Source: Euglena gracilis
Taxonomy: Eukaryota
Length of the DNA stretch: 64,000 nucleotides
Direction of reading: 5' to 3'
NCBI GenBank assembly: GCA_039621445.1
Contig: CP154954.1
Coordinates: forward strand, 10,807,521 to 10,871,520
The notes beneath the pieces are model-generated. The model ran no database searches. It worked only from the letters and a program-made list of their open reading frames with translations, and had not been told where the DNA came from. A program made the translations under genes and the position numbers. Positions 36,701 to 50,900 of the stretch are shown piece by piece (position 1 is the stretch's first letter; every line of letters begins with the position of its first letter).

Positions 36701-37894
36701 CAGGAGGGTACCTGTGTCCCTGTGTCAACTTGTCTCAATTCTGAACATCTAATGCGCGCATCTCGTTGTTCATTTGCGCAAATGCGCAAATAAACATAGT
36801 AAACTTGTGCAGTTAATTCATGCAGTTTATTGCGCATTTGTGCCCACAAACAATGTGATGCGCGCAAATGCGCAAATAAGCCACATCTGCTGCTGGTGTT
36901 TGTCAGTTGTGTTTCCGTCGCACCGTTCTTCTTTGTGTTTATTTGCGCATTTGCGCAAATAAACAAAGAACATGTTTATTTGCGCGCGCATAAACATAAT
37001 TTATGTTTATCTGCGCATTTGCGCCCATGAGCTTGCGCCGTCGACAAACAGTGTGACAAACCCACCAACTGGATGGCCCGTTGGTCTGCGCACTCACAGC
37101 TCCTTTATCACACCGTTTATCAATGGCGTCAGTTCATGGGTGCTAAAGCCCAATCCTTGAAAGACATGTTTATTGTTTATTTGCGCAATTGCGCAAATAA
37201 ACATAAACATGTTGGTGCGCGCATTTGCGCAAATAAACACAATTTTGTCCTTCCAGTGTTGGGCTTCTTCTGCTTTGTTATTTGCCACAAAACTGGTTGT
37301 GCGGATCCCGGGTGTAAGCCGGGTGGGAGACACCCATCCCCCTCAGTCCCTGCGGACCCTATTTCTTCCCCCCTGCACTTCCCTTGCCAAACACCCCACA
37401 CTTACCTTCCTCTCACTGCGTTCCTCCTTCCCGCTTGGTCACACCACACTCACACCCCCCCGGCACCTCCTCCCCGCGCTTTAACAAACAGCCCAAAAAC
37501 ACCACAGCAAGGCGTCGCAAGCAAAGCAGTCCGGCAAACACTCAGGACGCACACCGCCGGCAGCTCGGGCACACCCGGGGACACAGCCGAAAGAAGCAAC
37601 AAGGGCAGTAAAGGTCCCATTCCTTTGCCGCTTTTTTGCGTTTTTTTCAGTGTGGGCCGGCAAGGTCCCCGGGGGTTTCGACGTACAAAGTCCATTTTGG
37701 TACACCCCAAAAACACCATTTTTTGCCAAAGTCCCGGGGGTCATACCGCCAAAATCAGAATTTCGCTCATTTTTTTGCGCTCTCTTGTCAACGTGACCTT
37801 CACAGCCGAAACAAAGAAGAATCAAAAAATTCGGAAATTTGCGCAAGTGCGCAAATAAAAATAAAAATCTTAAGTGCGAATTGGGCCGCCTAAG
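33748..37894. mobile_element. 4.15-kb non-autonomous DNA transposon with 26-bp TIRs, 3-bp TSD and dense palindromic subterminal repeats
   Basis: Left end cttaggcggccgaattcgcacttaag (33748-33773) and right end cttaagtgcgaattgggccgcctaag (37869-37894), one mismatch; flanked by tat/tat; many gcgcatttgcgcaaat motifs inside. Confidence 0.85.
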
Positions 37895-38289
37895 TATATG
37901 TGGGTGCATATTTGCAAAAACGCGATCCACACAAGAACTATTGAAGCATACAAAGCGCTGCAATTCACACAAAGAAATATGGACAACTGATTGAAATATT
38001 GTATGTTGAACGAACATTAAAAACAGAACATAGCCAAAAATAATTTTGATTAACACGGAAACAGTATTTTGTTGAAGGCTTTTACCCTGTTGTGTGATCC
38101 CAATGGGATGAAATGAAACATGGTTGCTGTGTCTGACATCTATTATGTACTACTACATCTATTGCACAAGGTGTGCATGCATGTGTCAGGCTGAGAAATC
38201 AACTTGCAACTGTGACTATTTTCCACAAATGCTTCGTTGGTGATGATAAACTCTAGATGTGGACTTCGGCTGCCCAAATAACATCCGCT

Positions 38290-38490
38290 TCAGTAGCCGC
38301 ATCTCACATTTGCTCCAGTAGCCGCATCTCACATTTGCTCCAGTAGCCGCATTCACTCCAGTAGCTGTATCCACCGCATCCAGTAGCCGCATACCGCATC
38401 CACTACAGTAGCCGAATACACCGCAACCAGTAGCCACATCCGCTCTAGTTGCCGAATCCGCCGCATCCACTACCAGCACTCTGCATCCAC
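38290..38490. repeat. Degenerate minisatellite (ccagtagccgcat-like units)
   Basis: Repeated cagtagccgc/atccac motifs. Confidence 0.75.
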
Positions 38491-41400
38491 TCTTTTATCC
38501 GTATCCCCACATCTGCACATCCGAATCTCAAAGCCAAATCTCACACCATTTTGTGTCAAAAATCGTCAAAACGGACCAAAAATAAACAAAAAAAGCCGAA
38601 AATGCCTTAAAATGGCCAAAAAAAAGCCAAAAACAGACCAAAACAGGAGAAAATGGCCTAAAATGACCAAAAGGTGGGCAGAGAACGGTCAGAAAATGGG
38701 CGAGAAAAGGTCAACATGCCATCGCCCTGCATCGCCCTGCATTGGATCCCCACCTTTGGCCTCCAAAATTCCCGCATCGCCCTGCATCGTCGACGGTGCT
38801 TGCCCTCCGAGTGTATTGAATGAATTGAGTGAAGAAGCCCCAGCTTCATTCCGGGCAATTGCTTCCCCATAAACGATGCCAAGAGCAAGAGGGGGTGAAC
38901 TTGCCTGATAGCTGGCTGCCGGCACAAATGTTTTGAGCGTATTCTTCCAAAATTTGCCTAAAACAGGATATTGCCTAGGGACCCGGGGGGGTCCACTGGG
39001 TTGCCATTTTGCTAGACACTGGAAAAAAGGGACTAGCTAGGGTTCAGGGGGTTATCTCCACTGGAATAAAAAGTCCTCTGGCACTGAATCCGAGGTGGAA
39101 GAGATTTTTTAATGTGTTTTTTTTCTGGCTTATTTTGTTCAAAAAAAACCCAAAATGCCCAAAAATGGCCATTTTTGGCCATTTTTGGGAGTTAAATTTT
39201 TTTGGTGTTTTGCGCCGGTCATTGGAAAGATATTTCCACTAGCCAACTCAACTAGCAGACCCCCGGGGGTCCACTAAGATGTCCACCAGCCAAATTTGGA
39301 CGAGCTGCGGTCCAGCCCCCCCCCCTCAGCGAACCCGTAAGCACAGGCTGGCCTCAAACACACACCTGACAGTGCATGCGTAACGCAATATGGGCAGCCG
39401 CAGCCCAGACAGTGCAAGCAGCTGCTGCAACAGCAAGGATGCTCTGCGGGAGAGGAAGATTAATCAGACCAACCCATGAGGATATGCTGCGCTCTGCATT
39501 CATATACCAAACCTACACGGACACAATATCTCTTAAACAGCAACTTCAATATACAGCGATCTGTATATTGAAAATTATACACATTGCATACGTATTATAT
39601 ATTGCATATTATTTCTGAGTTAAAAAGAGGCCTGGAGGGTACACCGGGGATATGCCAACCTGAGGCAGCCGGGAGAACCACGCACTGGAGCATTGGGCCT
39701 GGCCGTCAGCGATGGAGCGCGGCACTGCAGGGGGAAATGCATGGCGAATGTGGTGGTGCTGGTGGCACGGAATGGGGCACCAGCGATGCAAACCGCCTCA
39801 TCTCTCTGGAAAGCAACAGGAAGCAAACCCTCTGCACCAGGAGCTTTGTTGCACTCCTGCCAAAATTAGAGCTTCCCCCTAAAACCATCCCCCTTCCCTG
39901 CCGTTTTTAATTTAGCAAAACCGCCCCAAAAAGCAGACCCTCCCCAAAAGCTCCCCCCCATCCCAAAATGTTAAACTGACCCAAAATGGTTTTTTTTGAC
40001 TTTTTTCTTTTGATTTTTGCCCCCCCCTATGTCCAACGACCGTGGGGGGGGGGGTCGTTGGACACAGGGGTGTGACCAAAAAGGTGTCACACGCCCGCTG
40101 ACTGGCTGCAATCCGCCACTGTCCCCAAAAATGGCGAAACTCCAAGTTGGCCAACTCGAGTTGGCTTGTATTCTTCAAAATTATAGCAAAATTTTGAGCC
40201 GAGAACCCCCGAAAAACCGTTCAAGGATTGTGTGTTTGACTTTTTCAAAAATATGGGTTCAAAATATATATAACCCCCCCAAATATGAAGCCTCCTGGGC
40301 TTTATATTTGGACAGAATTTCAAGACCCTCAGGGGGGGCTTTATGTTTGGGGGGGGGTGGCTTTATACTTGGGAGCGAAAATCAAACTTTTTTCGGGTGG
40401 CCTCTATGACCTTCGGCGGCCTTCAATTGTGGTCAAATACCAATTTTATGGCAATTGTTCTGTATGTATGTATGCCAGTCGTTGTGTACCTCCTATTCTT
40501 CGCAGGAATGTGCAAGTGTTATCCAAAACCCAAAAAATTTCTACTTTTTCCTGAATGACACCAGCTTCTGGCTCCAATTCAGGGGGGGCTTTATATTTGG
40601 GCGGCAAAAACCAAACCCCTTGGGGGGGTTGGGGGGGTCTTTATGTTTGGGGGGGGGGGCTTTATATTTGGGGGGGTTTATTTGGCTTGGTCTCGCTGGA
40701 ACGATGTGCCGGGGTTCCCACTCCCCCCCCCTAAGGGTCCAGCCAGCCAGCACCTGTTTTCCGGCAGCCCTGCCCAGCCAGGTTCTGCTGAAATAGAGTA
40801 GAGCACCTTAAGGCATCCCCTGGTCTGAACCTCATGCAAAGTGAAAACCATTACACGCACGCCCGCACAGGCAATACCGAACCTGGGAAAGGGACTGAAA
40901 CTGGGCGAGAAGATGCCGCACCGACGTTGTCCGACCCGTAGCCGGCTGGGTGTGTGGGTCTGGCCAGAGTTTGACGTCAGCTTCGGATTAACATTGACAA
41001 ACCTCCGATTGTGCGACACGGGTTTTTTGTTATGCTCTGTGATGAACAACACTCGGAATGGGGCCTCTGGGCCTGTGGGACTCTGTGCAACTCTGAACGC
41101 CTCGGGGGTTTCCCTCAGTGGACCTTCACTCTGTTGGTCTTCACTCGACCTTTATGTCCAATCGGAATCAAGACAAAAGCATAAACCATTTTCAAAAGAT
41201 TAATGAAAAGAATAAAAATTATTAGTGCGCAATGAGGACCGTACAGGAACCTGGGTGGAGTGGTCAACCCCCGACATGGCGTGAGGGGGGAGGGGGACCC
41301 CGCAGCCACAGCAACAGCATGTCGTGAAGGTTTGTTTGGCCTTAAAATCAGCGCCAACACCAATCAACACCAGCGGGGTGGCGGTGGGGATCAACCTCCC

Positions 41401-44400
41401 CGCCCACAGCACCAGGCAGATTCTCAGAGGCCAATGCGCATAGGGGGGACAAATCCCCCCCCTGTGAAAAGGACGGCATGGGCGTTAAACCCGGGGCTCG
41501 GCTCAACCTTGTGTTGCGCGTTACGCCGATGGCCAGCCGACACGGCCAGGGCTGCGGAAAGTGGTCACGCCCCGTGCGTGGCTTCAAAACAGCTAACCAC
41601 CCCCGGCTTTTCTAAATCTAAAAATTCTAAAATTCTTGATGGCATTTCCAAAAAAAAAATGGACAAAAATCACGCAGGTAGGGTCCGAATATAAGCGCAG
41701 CCCCCGCTGCCAGAGACGGCGGCCCACCATAAGCGCACCCGTGCTTCCAGTGTAGTGCGGGGGGGGGGGGGGGGCGCAACAGGAGTCGGCTTGGGAGAGG
41801 GGATTAAAATGGAAATTTGCAGAGGTCGAAACACCACAGCAAATTTGATTTTGAGCCCCTGTGGATGCAGCATGGACTCGGGGGTGTGGTGGTGTTAGTT
41901 CGTACAAGGCGAAGACTGCCCCATTTAAATGCGAGGGGTGTGCTGATTTTTAGACCGTATTTTCGGACCCTCAGGAGAGTGACACTTATTTGGGCATTGC
42001 ACCCTTTGCTTTGGGCAGGTTGGGAGGTTTAAACGAGTGGTGCTCATTTTAATGGCCACAGGCCTTGGCCTTGTTCTTTCGATCGTGACTTTGGTGAAAT
42101 AAATGTTCTTTTTTGAATTAATCAGTCTCCCTCCCGAATATAGACCCTCAAGGTCTTTGTTAGACAACCAAACATAGAACCAATTTTTGCAAGAGACACG
42201 TAATACGCATGGGAAAACTTTTGGTGTATTTTTTTTTGATGTTCCTGCCCGCACCCCCTGTGACACGCCAAACCAGGTTGCTGAGTCCAGGCCTGGAAAG
42301 CCATCTTCCGGGGGGGGGGTTATGGGAACAATTGAAAAAGTGTCCAAATTATCACAAATGGCTAAATGCTAAGGAAAAGTGGTTGTGTTCGGGTCGATAA
42401 AATTTCCGACATACACCCTCCCATTACAGTATAAAGCTGCTTGAGAGTCTTGAAGTGAAACTCTGTCCAAACATTGAACCAAGTGGGTCATAGGTGTTTA
42501 AATAAAATAATGTGTTACCCCACGCCTGGAAAATGTCACTTGACAGACAGGCCAGCTTTGGGATTCTGGGATTCTGGCAGCTTTGGCCGGTGGCATGAAC
42601 TTTAACAGCGAGTGTCCCAGATATCGCTGATGCTCAAGGTTGGCCAGTCCCGGACAGTTTCCTTGGCACCACAGTTTTCCATTTCCATGGAGGGGGGTGA
42701 AAACAACAACCCTGATCGTGGGGCGTAGCCATAATGTGCAAACGCCATCACCACCGCGATGATGACGCACAGTTGTACACCAACCATGCCTGAGCAGAGC
42801 AGAAAAAAAACACAAAGAGGCTCATCTGAGAAGAATATGAATGGGATTCCTGGGCTTCATCATTTTTTTTGCATAAAAAAACCATGCAAGCTCCATACGT
42901 CCCCCCTGGTTTTGCAGTTGGGCAGAATAGAGGAGGGGCTGGTAACCTCCCTACTGAAAGGGCATACACTCTTTCTGAGTCTGAGACAACTGTCCTTTCA
43001 TGCCCGAGGTGGGTACATATTCATAAATAACTGCCAAAATTTCTTCGGGGGTAAATCAGGCAGCCGAAATGACGAGACATGAAAAGCACGAAACAGGGGT
43101 GATTGGGGACATGCCAAGTTGCTGCTTGAACACCATGGATGACGCCGAAAAACTTTCCTGTCACACCATCGGAGATGCAAAAGGCATGGGTGGGGGGCTG
43201 TACCTGTGGAAAAAGAATAGAACACAACAACCAACAGTAAACCCATTCAGTCGATGCTTGGGTTAGCATTTCTTTTCCATTCCTTCTGATGACATGCCCA
43301 TCTCAGGCAGAAAGACCCCCTAATGGTGCCATTTTCATATGGGGTGGAAGCGGGAACCCATTTCCCTCCTGGCGCCGGTCCACCGCTTCTCTTTGGATTA
43401 GGCCATGCTGAATTGCCTACCGAATCTGTGGGGTGGGGGACAGGGGTCACTCTCCACGTTCAAAACCAGGCATTCCAAAACCAGGCATTCACTTTATAAA
43501 ACCAGCCACCCACTTCCTTTTCCCCCCGAGGAGGTTGGCAGGTTTGCACCCCGGCCAAAAATGGCTCAAAAAGTCAATGTATTTTTTGATCAAAACCAAC
43601 GAAAATGTTCTGGCGCCTGTAACGCAGGGTGGGTCAGTTTAGGTCGTTCCTGGCCGAACCCCCCCCCCCGAGTTCCGGAGCCAAAAACCAGCAGTCGCTC
43701 CGAGAAAACCAGTCAGTCATCCCCCCTGCCCTGGGGAACTTACCTTTGCACAGATCAGAACCATGTGGCAACTGAGAACCGAGAAATCAGGAAAATTTAC
43801 CCGTCGCTGTGACAAGGGAGTTCTTGTGGCTCCAGCCAATCAAAAGCCTCGCCACTTTCCCACCTTTTCCCTCTCCATTGTTGTGCTGACCAATGAATCT
43901 AACCGATCTGCGTCAAACACCGCTCAAGACTGTCAGGGGTACCCCCTCCAATTGCGGTAATTTGAACCCCACCAAGTGATTGACCGGACAGGCTGGATGG
44001 GGAAAAAGTGCTGGGCCTAGGCTGGGCCTAGGCTGGGCCTAGGGGGTGAGTTGCCCGGGGGTGGGGGATCCGAAATTCAGTCGGGTGGTGCTGCAGGGGG
44101 ATGACATTGGAAGCCTTCAAAAAAATTGCGGAAAAAATGGAGAAACATTGTGGAAATTGCGGAGAAATTGCGGAAAACACAATTTTGGGAATTAGCGCAC
44201 TTCTGTCTGTTGGAGGGGACTGAGAAAAAAATCATCATTAATCATTTTTGCAACATAGAGATAAGTTTTGAGCCATCATTCACATTCCAATAAAAAGGTA
44301 AAAAAACAAACAAACTCAGCACTGGATTCCCTTGTGAAACGTTCAAGGAATGGCTGGAAGATGGCCCGAAATGGCAGTACCCCCTTTTCCCCTTACTCGT

Positions 44401-44904
44401 ACCCATAGAAAACCGTGGTTTGGCCCCAAAGCTGGAAACCAATTGGGGTTTCCCATTGCGATCCCCGGGATACCTATTCCGATGTGCCGTCGGATTCGTG
44501 CTCACAGGTGTGAAAACCATGCGGATATCAAAAAAACATTCCGTAACAGTTTTGGAGGGGCGAAACACACCTTGCGTTCCATCTCATGTTCATGCAGAAA
44601 AAATTGCGGAAAGGGAAAAAAAATTGCAGAAAATTGCGGAAAACTGTGGAAATTGCAGAAATTGTGCATATTAATACGCTTGGCTGCTGACTGGATAAAA
44701 GGTGTTGGTTGGTTGGATCCCTCAGGGTGGGAGGGCAAGATGAGGTCCGGCTCACTGACAGTGCGCAGTGCGGACCAACAACTTGCACGCATGAAACGCG
44801 AACACCAGAGATCACACCCTGATCTGGGGTTTCATGCCAGGGGCCAACACTGGCCGGGCGGCAGTGGGGCACGCGCGGCGTCGCATGACACAAGGCGCGC
44901 GCGA

Positions 44905-47900
44905 TCAGTCCGCGCCCGCCTGCGGGACCGGGCTGAGCACGCGCAGGCCTTGGTCCAGCGTGACCACCATGGCAAAGGGGAACACGTCGGGCTGCTGGCA
45001 CAGGTCGATGTCCCCGTGGGGGGAGGCAGTGGCTCCTTGGCATCCCGGTTTTTGCTCTCTCGTTTGATCTCAATTTCAATTTTTGTTTGCTTTGATTGGT
45101 TTATCTTTATTATTGGTTGCATTAGTCCACTGGTTTCACTTTGCGCGAGTGTTTTATTGACATCGATCACAAACCAGTGAAATATTATTCCTGGTTTCGC
45201 TTTGTGCAAGTTGTGTAACCCCCCCTCCCCTAATAAGTGCACGGGTGCGCGCATTTTAAGGACGTAGTTTCAAACCCCAAGGGGTGCGCACTTATTAGGG
45301 CAGTGCGCACTTTTTAGGGCAAAGCCGAAAATACTGACGTTACCCCCACTCTTTTTCAATTTTACCCCAATTTTGTGATTTCAAGTTATGAGTCAAGTGA
45401 CTATGTGTCAAATGTGTCAAATTTGGGCTTGGACGATAGAAATATTTGGTCTGAGAAGGACAGTTCTGAGAATTATCTGTGCTTTCCGACCTGAGATATG
45501 ACAGTGATTTCTCTTTGGGGGGGTGCGCACTTTATAGGGAGGTAGTTTCGGACCCTTGGGGGGTGCGCACTTATTAGGGCACTGCGCACAATTAGGGCAC
45601 TGCGCATTTATTAGGGAGGGGGGGGGTTATATTTGCCCCTTGAACCGTCTCCTTCAGTGACGGTTCCTGAGCTCAGTTGAGCTCAGATGTCGAAAATGCA
45701 AACCATGGGAAGCGATGCCCCTCTGTACCTAGATTTTTTGTATGAAAAAAAAAATTCGACATCACAGAACAGAAGATCTATAACACATCCGGAAATTCTT
45801 GGCCGTTCATTCTTATTCACATTGCAACGGAGCAGTACCCGCTCACCTTGCTATTGAGCGTCAGCCCAAAAAAAAAGCACCACACATTATTTGGTCAGAA
45901 TAGCCACATACATATGGCAAACGTCCGGGACAAGTTATGGCGGACACCCCTGTTTCTGTGCTCCAGAGTGGAGGTTTCAGAGTGCCCTGGTTTTCTGGGC
46001 AGACAGGCACTCGTTAGTGCCGGCCAGGTTGTGGCCAAAATTTCGGCTTTTCTGGGCTTTCGGAGCCTTCGGTGCCAGAGCGTTTTGGCCAAATGCCGCG
46101 GTGCATTTGAATATGTGCCCCCCCCCCCCTGGAATCTAGGTCCAGACAGGCACCCCCCTGTGCGCACCGTGGCTGTTTGTTTGGTGCCGTTTCTCCCTTC
46201 TTCTGGCCTGGCGTTGGTTTTCGCCTCCGACCCTTTCTGCCTGTGTACGTGGAGATGGCCGGAGCAGGCAGACACCCCCCCCCCCCCGGTGAGGGGCCAG
46301 CTCCACCGTAAAATTCAGGCGCAGTGGCGAAGCCCGCTCCCTCGGCCGAAGTTGGGCCGCAAATCGTCCGGGATCGCCTGGCCGCTGGCCGCCATGTAGT
46401 CCGGCCGCCACGTCAGGAAGTCCCGCACGTCTGCTGGCTGCCCCACCCAGGGCGTCGCCTGACGAACCCCCCCCCCTCCCGGCTGGCCACGTTTGGTGGG
46501 GGTCCATCCCCCCTGCCCCGCCACCCAGAGGGCTGGCTGTGACTGACCCGGCCTCGCCCACCAGCTAGCCAGCCCTGGCCGGATGGGTCGGCGTGGAGCA
46601 GGGGAACTTGAACCTGAACTTGAAATTTGAAATCAATTTCAAATTTCGAATTTAAAATTCAATTTGAGAAAAATTCCGGCACACTCAAATCGTTTTGAGA
46701 ACATGTGCGGCGATGGCCTTGCCCCCGCAGGAGGGCGGCGAGGAACTCGGCACAGGCAGGCGGGGCCCCCTGCCCCATGCCAGGACACGAAACGGCGCGA
46801 GAGGTGGGGCTGTGGTCGGCGGGCGGGACGACCGCATACCGTTTGAAAGCCACTTTCTGTGTTGGGCAGGAATGCCTGCCACCTCACCTTGTTGGCCGGG
46901 GTTTTTCAAGGGGAAGAAACGTCCCAGGCGGACGGAACAAAAGCAACTCAAAAAGCAAAAAAAAAATCGGCCAAAACCACTGAGAGGGTTCGAGGCGTTT
47001 TTGGGGTGCAAATTTGTCGACGAGACAGAGACCGAAACAATGTTTCGATTGGTGGCGTTGCGGTGATAGTGAAATAGCAAACTACGCCGCTAAGGATGTC
47101 TACAGATGCGGACCAAACACAGGACACACACGCAATAGAACAAATACACACACAACATACAACACACACACATACAACACACGCACAACACACACACTCA
47201 CACACACAACACACACACACACACACACGCACACAACACAAATAGAATATATGCTCAATTGAATTGAAGCAAGGGCCCCAGCACGATCCTCGATGCCCAG
47301 GCGGGGGTCTGACGCAGAGCACCGCGAGCTAAAATTACAAAAAAAAGCAAAATGTGTGCTCATGTTCATCTTCAAATGCATTCATCTGCCTTTTTTGCCA
47401 ACGTTGCCCAGGAGAAATAGCCTCCCATGCAGGCTGTGTTTTTACCAACCCCGGGGGGGGGGAGGGGGGGTCCGGAGTGCCTGTGAGGGAGGCAGGCACA
47501 TTCCTATGAAAATAGGCCATTTTTGGCTCCCCGGCGCATTCGGCGCCGGGGTTGTGCTAGGGCACTTTTGGCTGTGTGCCCCCCCCCCGGGTGGGGTCGG
47601 ATTTGGAGTGCCTTGGAGTGCCTGCCCAAGCAGGCCCCCCCCCCCCCCGGGGTGGGGTCGGCACCCGACTAAAATACGGCCTGCTCCCACGACTGACCCC
47701 CCCCCCAGGAGACTCTAACCTGACAGATTGGCCGGTACCGGGGACCCTGACAATTTCCCAGGCAGGACCGTGAGAGGTTCTCGGGCATGACAGTTTCCTG
47801 GGGGGGGGGCAGGTATGAATGGGGACAGTGTGTCTGGGTTTCCTTGGTGGGGTTTCGCCTGCCAAACCTTGGGAAAGGGCTGGGGAGTCACTTTTATTTG

Positions 47901-50900
47901 GCATCGGACCAACGTTTTGGGCGGTTAGCTTGGGGAGAGCCCTATGGTGCCCTGGGGGCCGTCGAGCTTCACCCCCGTCATCACCATCGAGACGGAAACT
48001 GGCTCGGGGACATGCCACCGCTTTTATTATATTATTTGGACCTGGCAAGGGTATATTATTTGGGGGTTTACAATCGCCAACGAAGCGTTTGTGGTACCAA
48101 TAATAGTAATAATCACAGTGTCAAATTGATTCCTCAGCTTGACACATGTATACCCACATATTGCTGGCAAGCATGCCAGACTGGGATGTATGGCATGCTG
48201 TATGCCCAACGACCACCCAGCTCACCGTGGTGCACCTCGGTTCCCAATTCACACAGACCAGACATCCATTTAGTGTGGTGCACATAAGGCGTGTGAACCA
48301 CAACATTTTTTGGGGCGTTCACAGATGAACCACAAAAAATTTCGTGGTGTCGGCAATCTTCCTTTTGGTGTCCACAAATCAACCGCAAAAAAAACTTTGG
48401 CGTCCACAAAAATTTTGATCTCCAGAAGACTTGATTCAAAATCATAAAAAATTTAAGCAATTTTAAAACTAAAAGTGGATTGATCTTTAGATACTTTAGA
48501 CAACAAAGCGGCCACTCTGGTAGGGCGACACTTTGGGGGTCAAATTTGCCTTTGGCCCCTTTGGGGTCAAAAAGAAATAGCCACTTTGAGGGTAAACCAA
48601 GTTTGCCAAGCTACTGCTTGCGTTCAGGGCGGGACAGGGATCAATGGGAAGGACTGGTGGCAGAGCCACCCTCACTTGGTTGCCTGGGGGGAGTCTGGCA
48701 TGCAACAAAAGCCCCCCCCCCGTGGGAAACTGTAACCTGACAAATAAGCGAGCACAGAGGCAGGCGACAGGTCCCTGAGGTGACAGGTCAGCGAGTACGG
48801 GGTTTAGGTGACAGTTTCCCGAGGGTGACAGTTTCCAAGGGTGACAGTTTCCCGGGAGGGGGTAGGAACCACAGAAATTTAGGTTCACAACGGCTCCAAA
48901 GGTACAGTTTCAAGTTCGTGGTTTTGAATCAAAAGCCCCAAAAATGAGCAGACGTGGCGGAGGAGACCTCCGTGCAGCATCCACAGGGCGGCCGGTATTC
49001 CCATGTCTCCCGGGAATCCATAGGGGCGGACCCGGCAGTCGCCCGAAAAGGGGATAGGTCGAAACAGGCCAGCTGGCGCTGAGCGTCGGGTGGTGGGCTC
49101 AGCTGATTGGCTGGGTTCAACAAAGCTTCCATTCAATGCAGGGTGGTCCTTAACAGGGCGCTGCTTGACGACCCCCAGGGGTGAGTTTTTTTATTGAACT
49201 TTTATTTCACAGGTGGGCGTTATTATTCTTCACTTTATGTTCAATTTCAAATTCTTTAAAATTCATTTTTTTATTTGCCATTTCATTTTTCATATTTTTT
49301 GGTGTACCCCCCCCCCCCGGAAACTGTGGGGCCCTACTCAGAACACGGCCAGGCACGGTAGCCCAGCGGTGGCAGTGGCCGGACGACGCGGCCGCGTACT
49401 GCAACACGTGGCGCGCGGTGGCGGTGGCGACGGCGAACGAGGCGGTCAGCAGCAGCGCCGCGCCGGCCGCCCGGACGACGCCCTGCGTGCCCGCCGTCGT
49501 GCGCTGGATCGGCCCCGCCCCGCCGCCCACTGCAAGGGCTGCCCGACCCCCTTTTTTTGATTTGTGAAGAACTTGGTCATTGACATCCTCAGCGGCGTGG
49601 GGGAAGGCAGACCAGTAATCCCTCATGTAGGACTCGAAGCTGTCTGTGAGAGCTCTTTGGGTGAACCCTCTTGCATGCAGGCCCTCGATGTAGTATTGCA
49701 CGGCTTCCTTGAACGCCACCATGGTGTTGGTGACAGTGCCGGCTCGCACCAGGAGTCCTTTCAGCGGTGTCTTTGGTGTGGATGCTGGTCCGTTCCACGT
49801 AGCGCTGCGGTTTCCAACGCCAGCCTGCACCCTTTGGTTCGAGGTGTAGCTGGACGAAGTCTCCACGGGTGGTGATGCGCATACCAAGGAAAACCACTGA
49901 GAGCGGGTCCTCTGAGGTTCGCCGGTGCTCCATTTGGTAGTCCAGCAGGTGCAGTGGCGGGCGTCCAAACCCGAGTATGTCATCGATGTAGTGGAAGGTG
50001 TGGAAGAAGTTCCTGGCAATGTCGACCTGCCCGTTGGCAAGTAACTGATGGTTTTGATTTAATTTTAACTTTTTAACTTTAATTTTAATTTTTCATTTTT
50101 TCCATTTTATTTTAATTTAAATTTATTTATTAGTTATTATTTGAAAGTTATTTAAATTTACTTTAAGCAATTTTAAGTTATTGTAAGTCAGTTTAGGTTG
50201 AGTTAATTCAATTATTTCCAATAAATTGTTTTCTTTTTAAGTCTCATTTTTCATTTTTCTGCACTTTTTGATCCGGGGGGGGGGGGGGGGTGGGGCATTC
50301 CCAACCCCAGCAACCCGTTGGCGGCACACTCTTCGGATTTACTTTGGGATCCCAAAGAAATCGTGCCAAGGAAAAAACGCAACCCCTTCCCGACGGTGGC
50401 TTTCAGCAGGGGGGGGGGATGCGGACCGCAGAATTTGCTGTTTTCGGGACAATCAGAAAAACAAAAGCCCAGAAAAGCATTCAAAACAGTTGCCTTTTGT
50501 TTCGGGTCTCCACAAGGACCGGCCCCCAAAGGGAGAGGTAGAGCCCAACCCGGGTCAACAAACAAACAAGGAAGTTCTCCAGTGCAGCAGGAAACAGAAA
50601 CTGATGAACTGCAGAGCCTTTCACAGGTTTGACTGGCGGTTGCTGATGGCTGGCATTTGCCATCTTAGATACCTGCCCCAAGTGTTGCAGCGTCCAGCGT
50701 GCAATTGCATTGGGGCATTGTGCTTTACTTGCAAAGAGACAGCGACTACACAAAGACGTGCGAACGGTTCCTGGCGAACGGCCGAGACGTTTAACCGGGA
50801 CATGCATGTGCCACTCCACGGTGATTCCGTTATTCCGAATACCCGAAAGTGGCACGGCATTATCACTCGGGCCATTCACGTACGTACGCATGTGAACGTC

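Noticed and set aside
15537-38490. Tandem arrays (15537, 18840, 26245, 33287, 38290) as CRISPR-like arrays
   Set aside because: Head-to-tail repeats without unique spacers, no cas genes, eukaryotic context.
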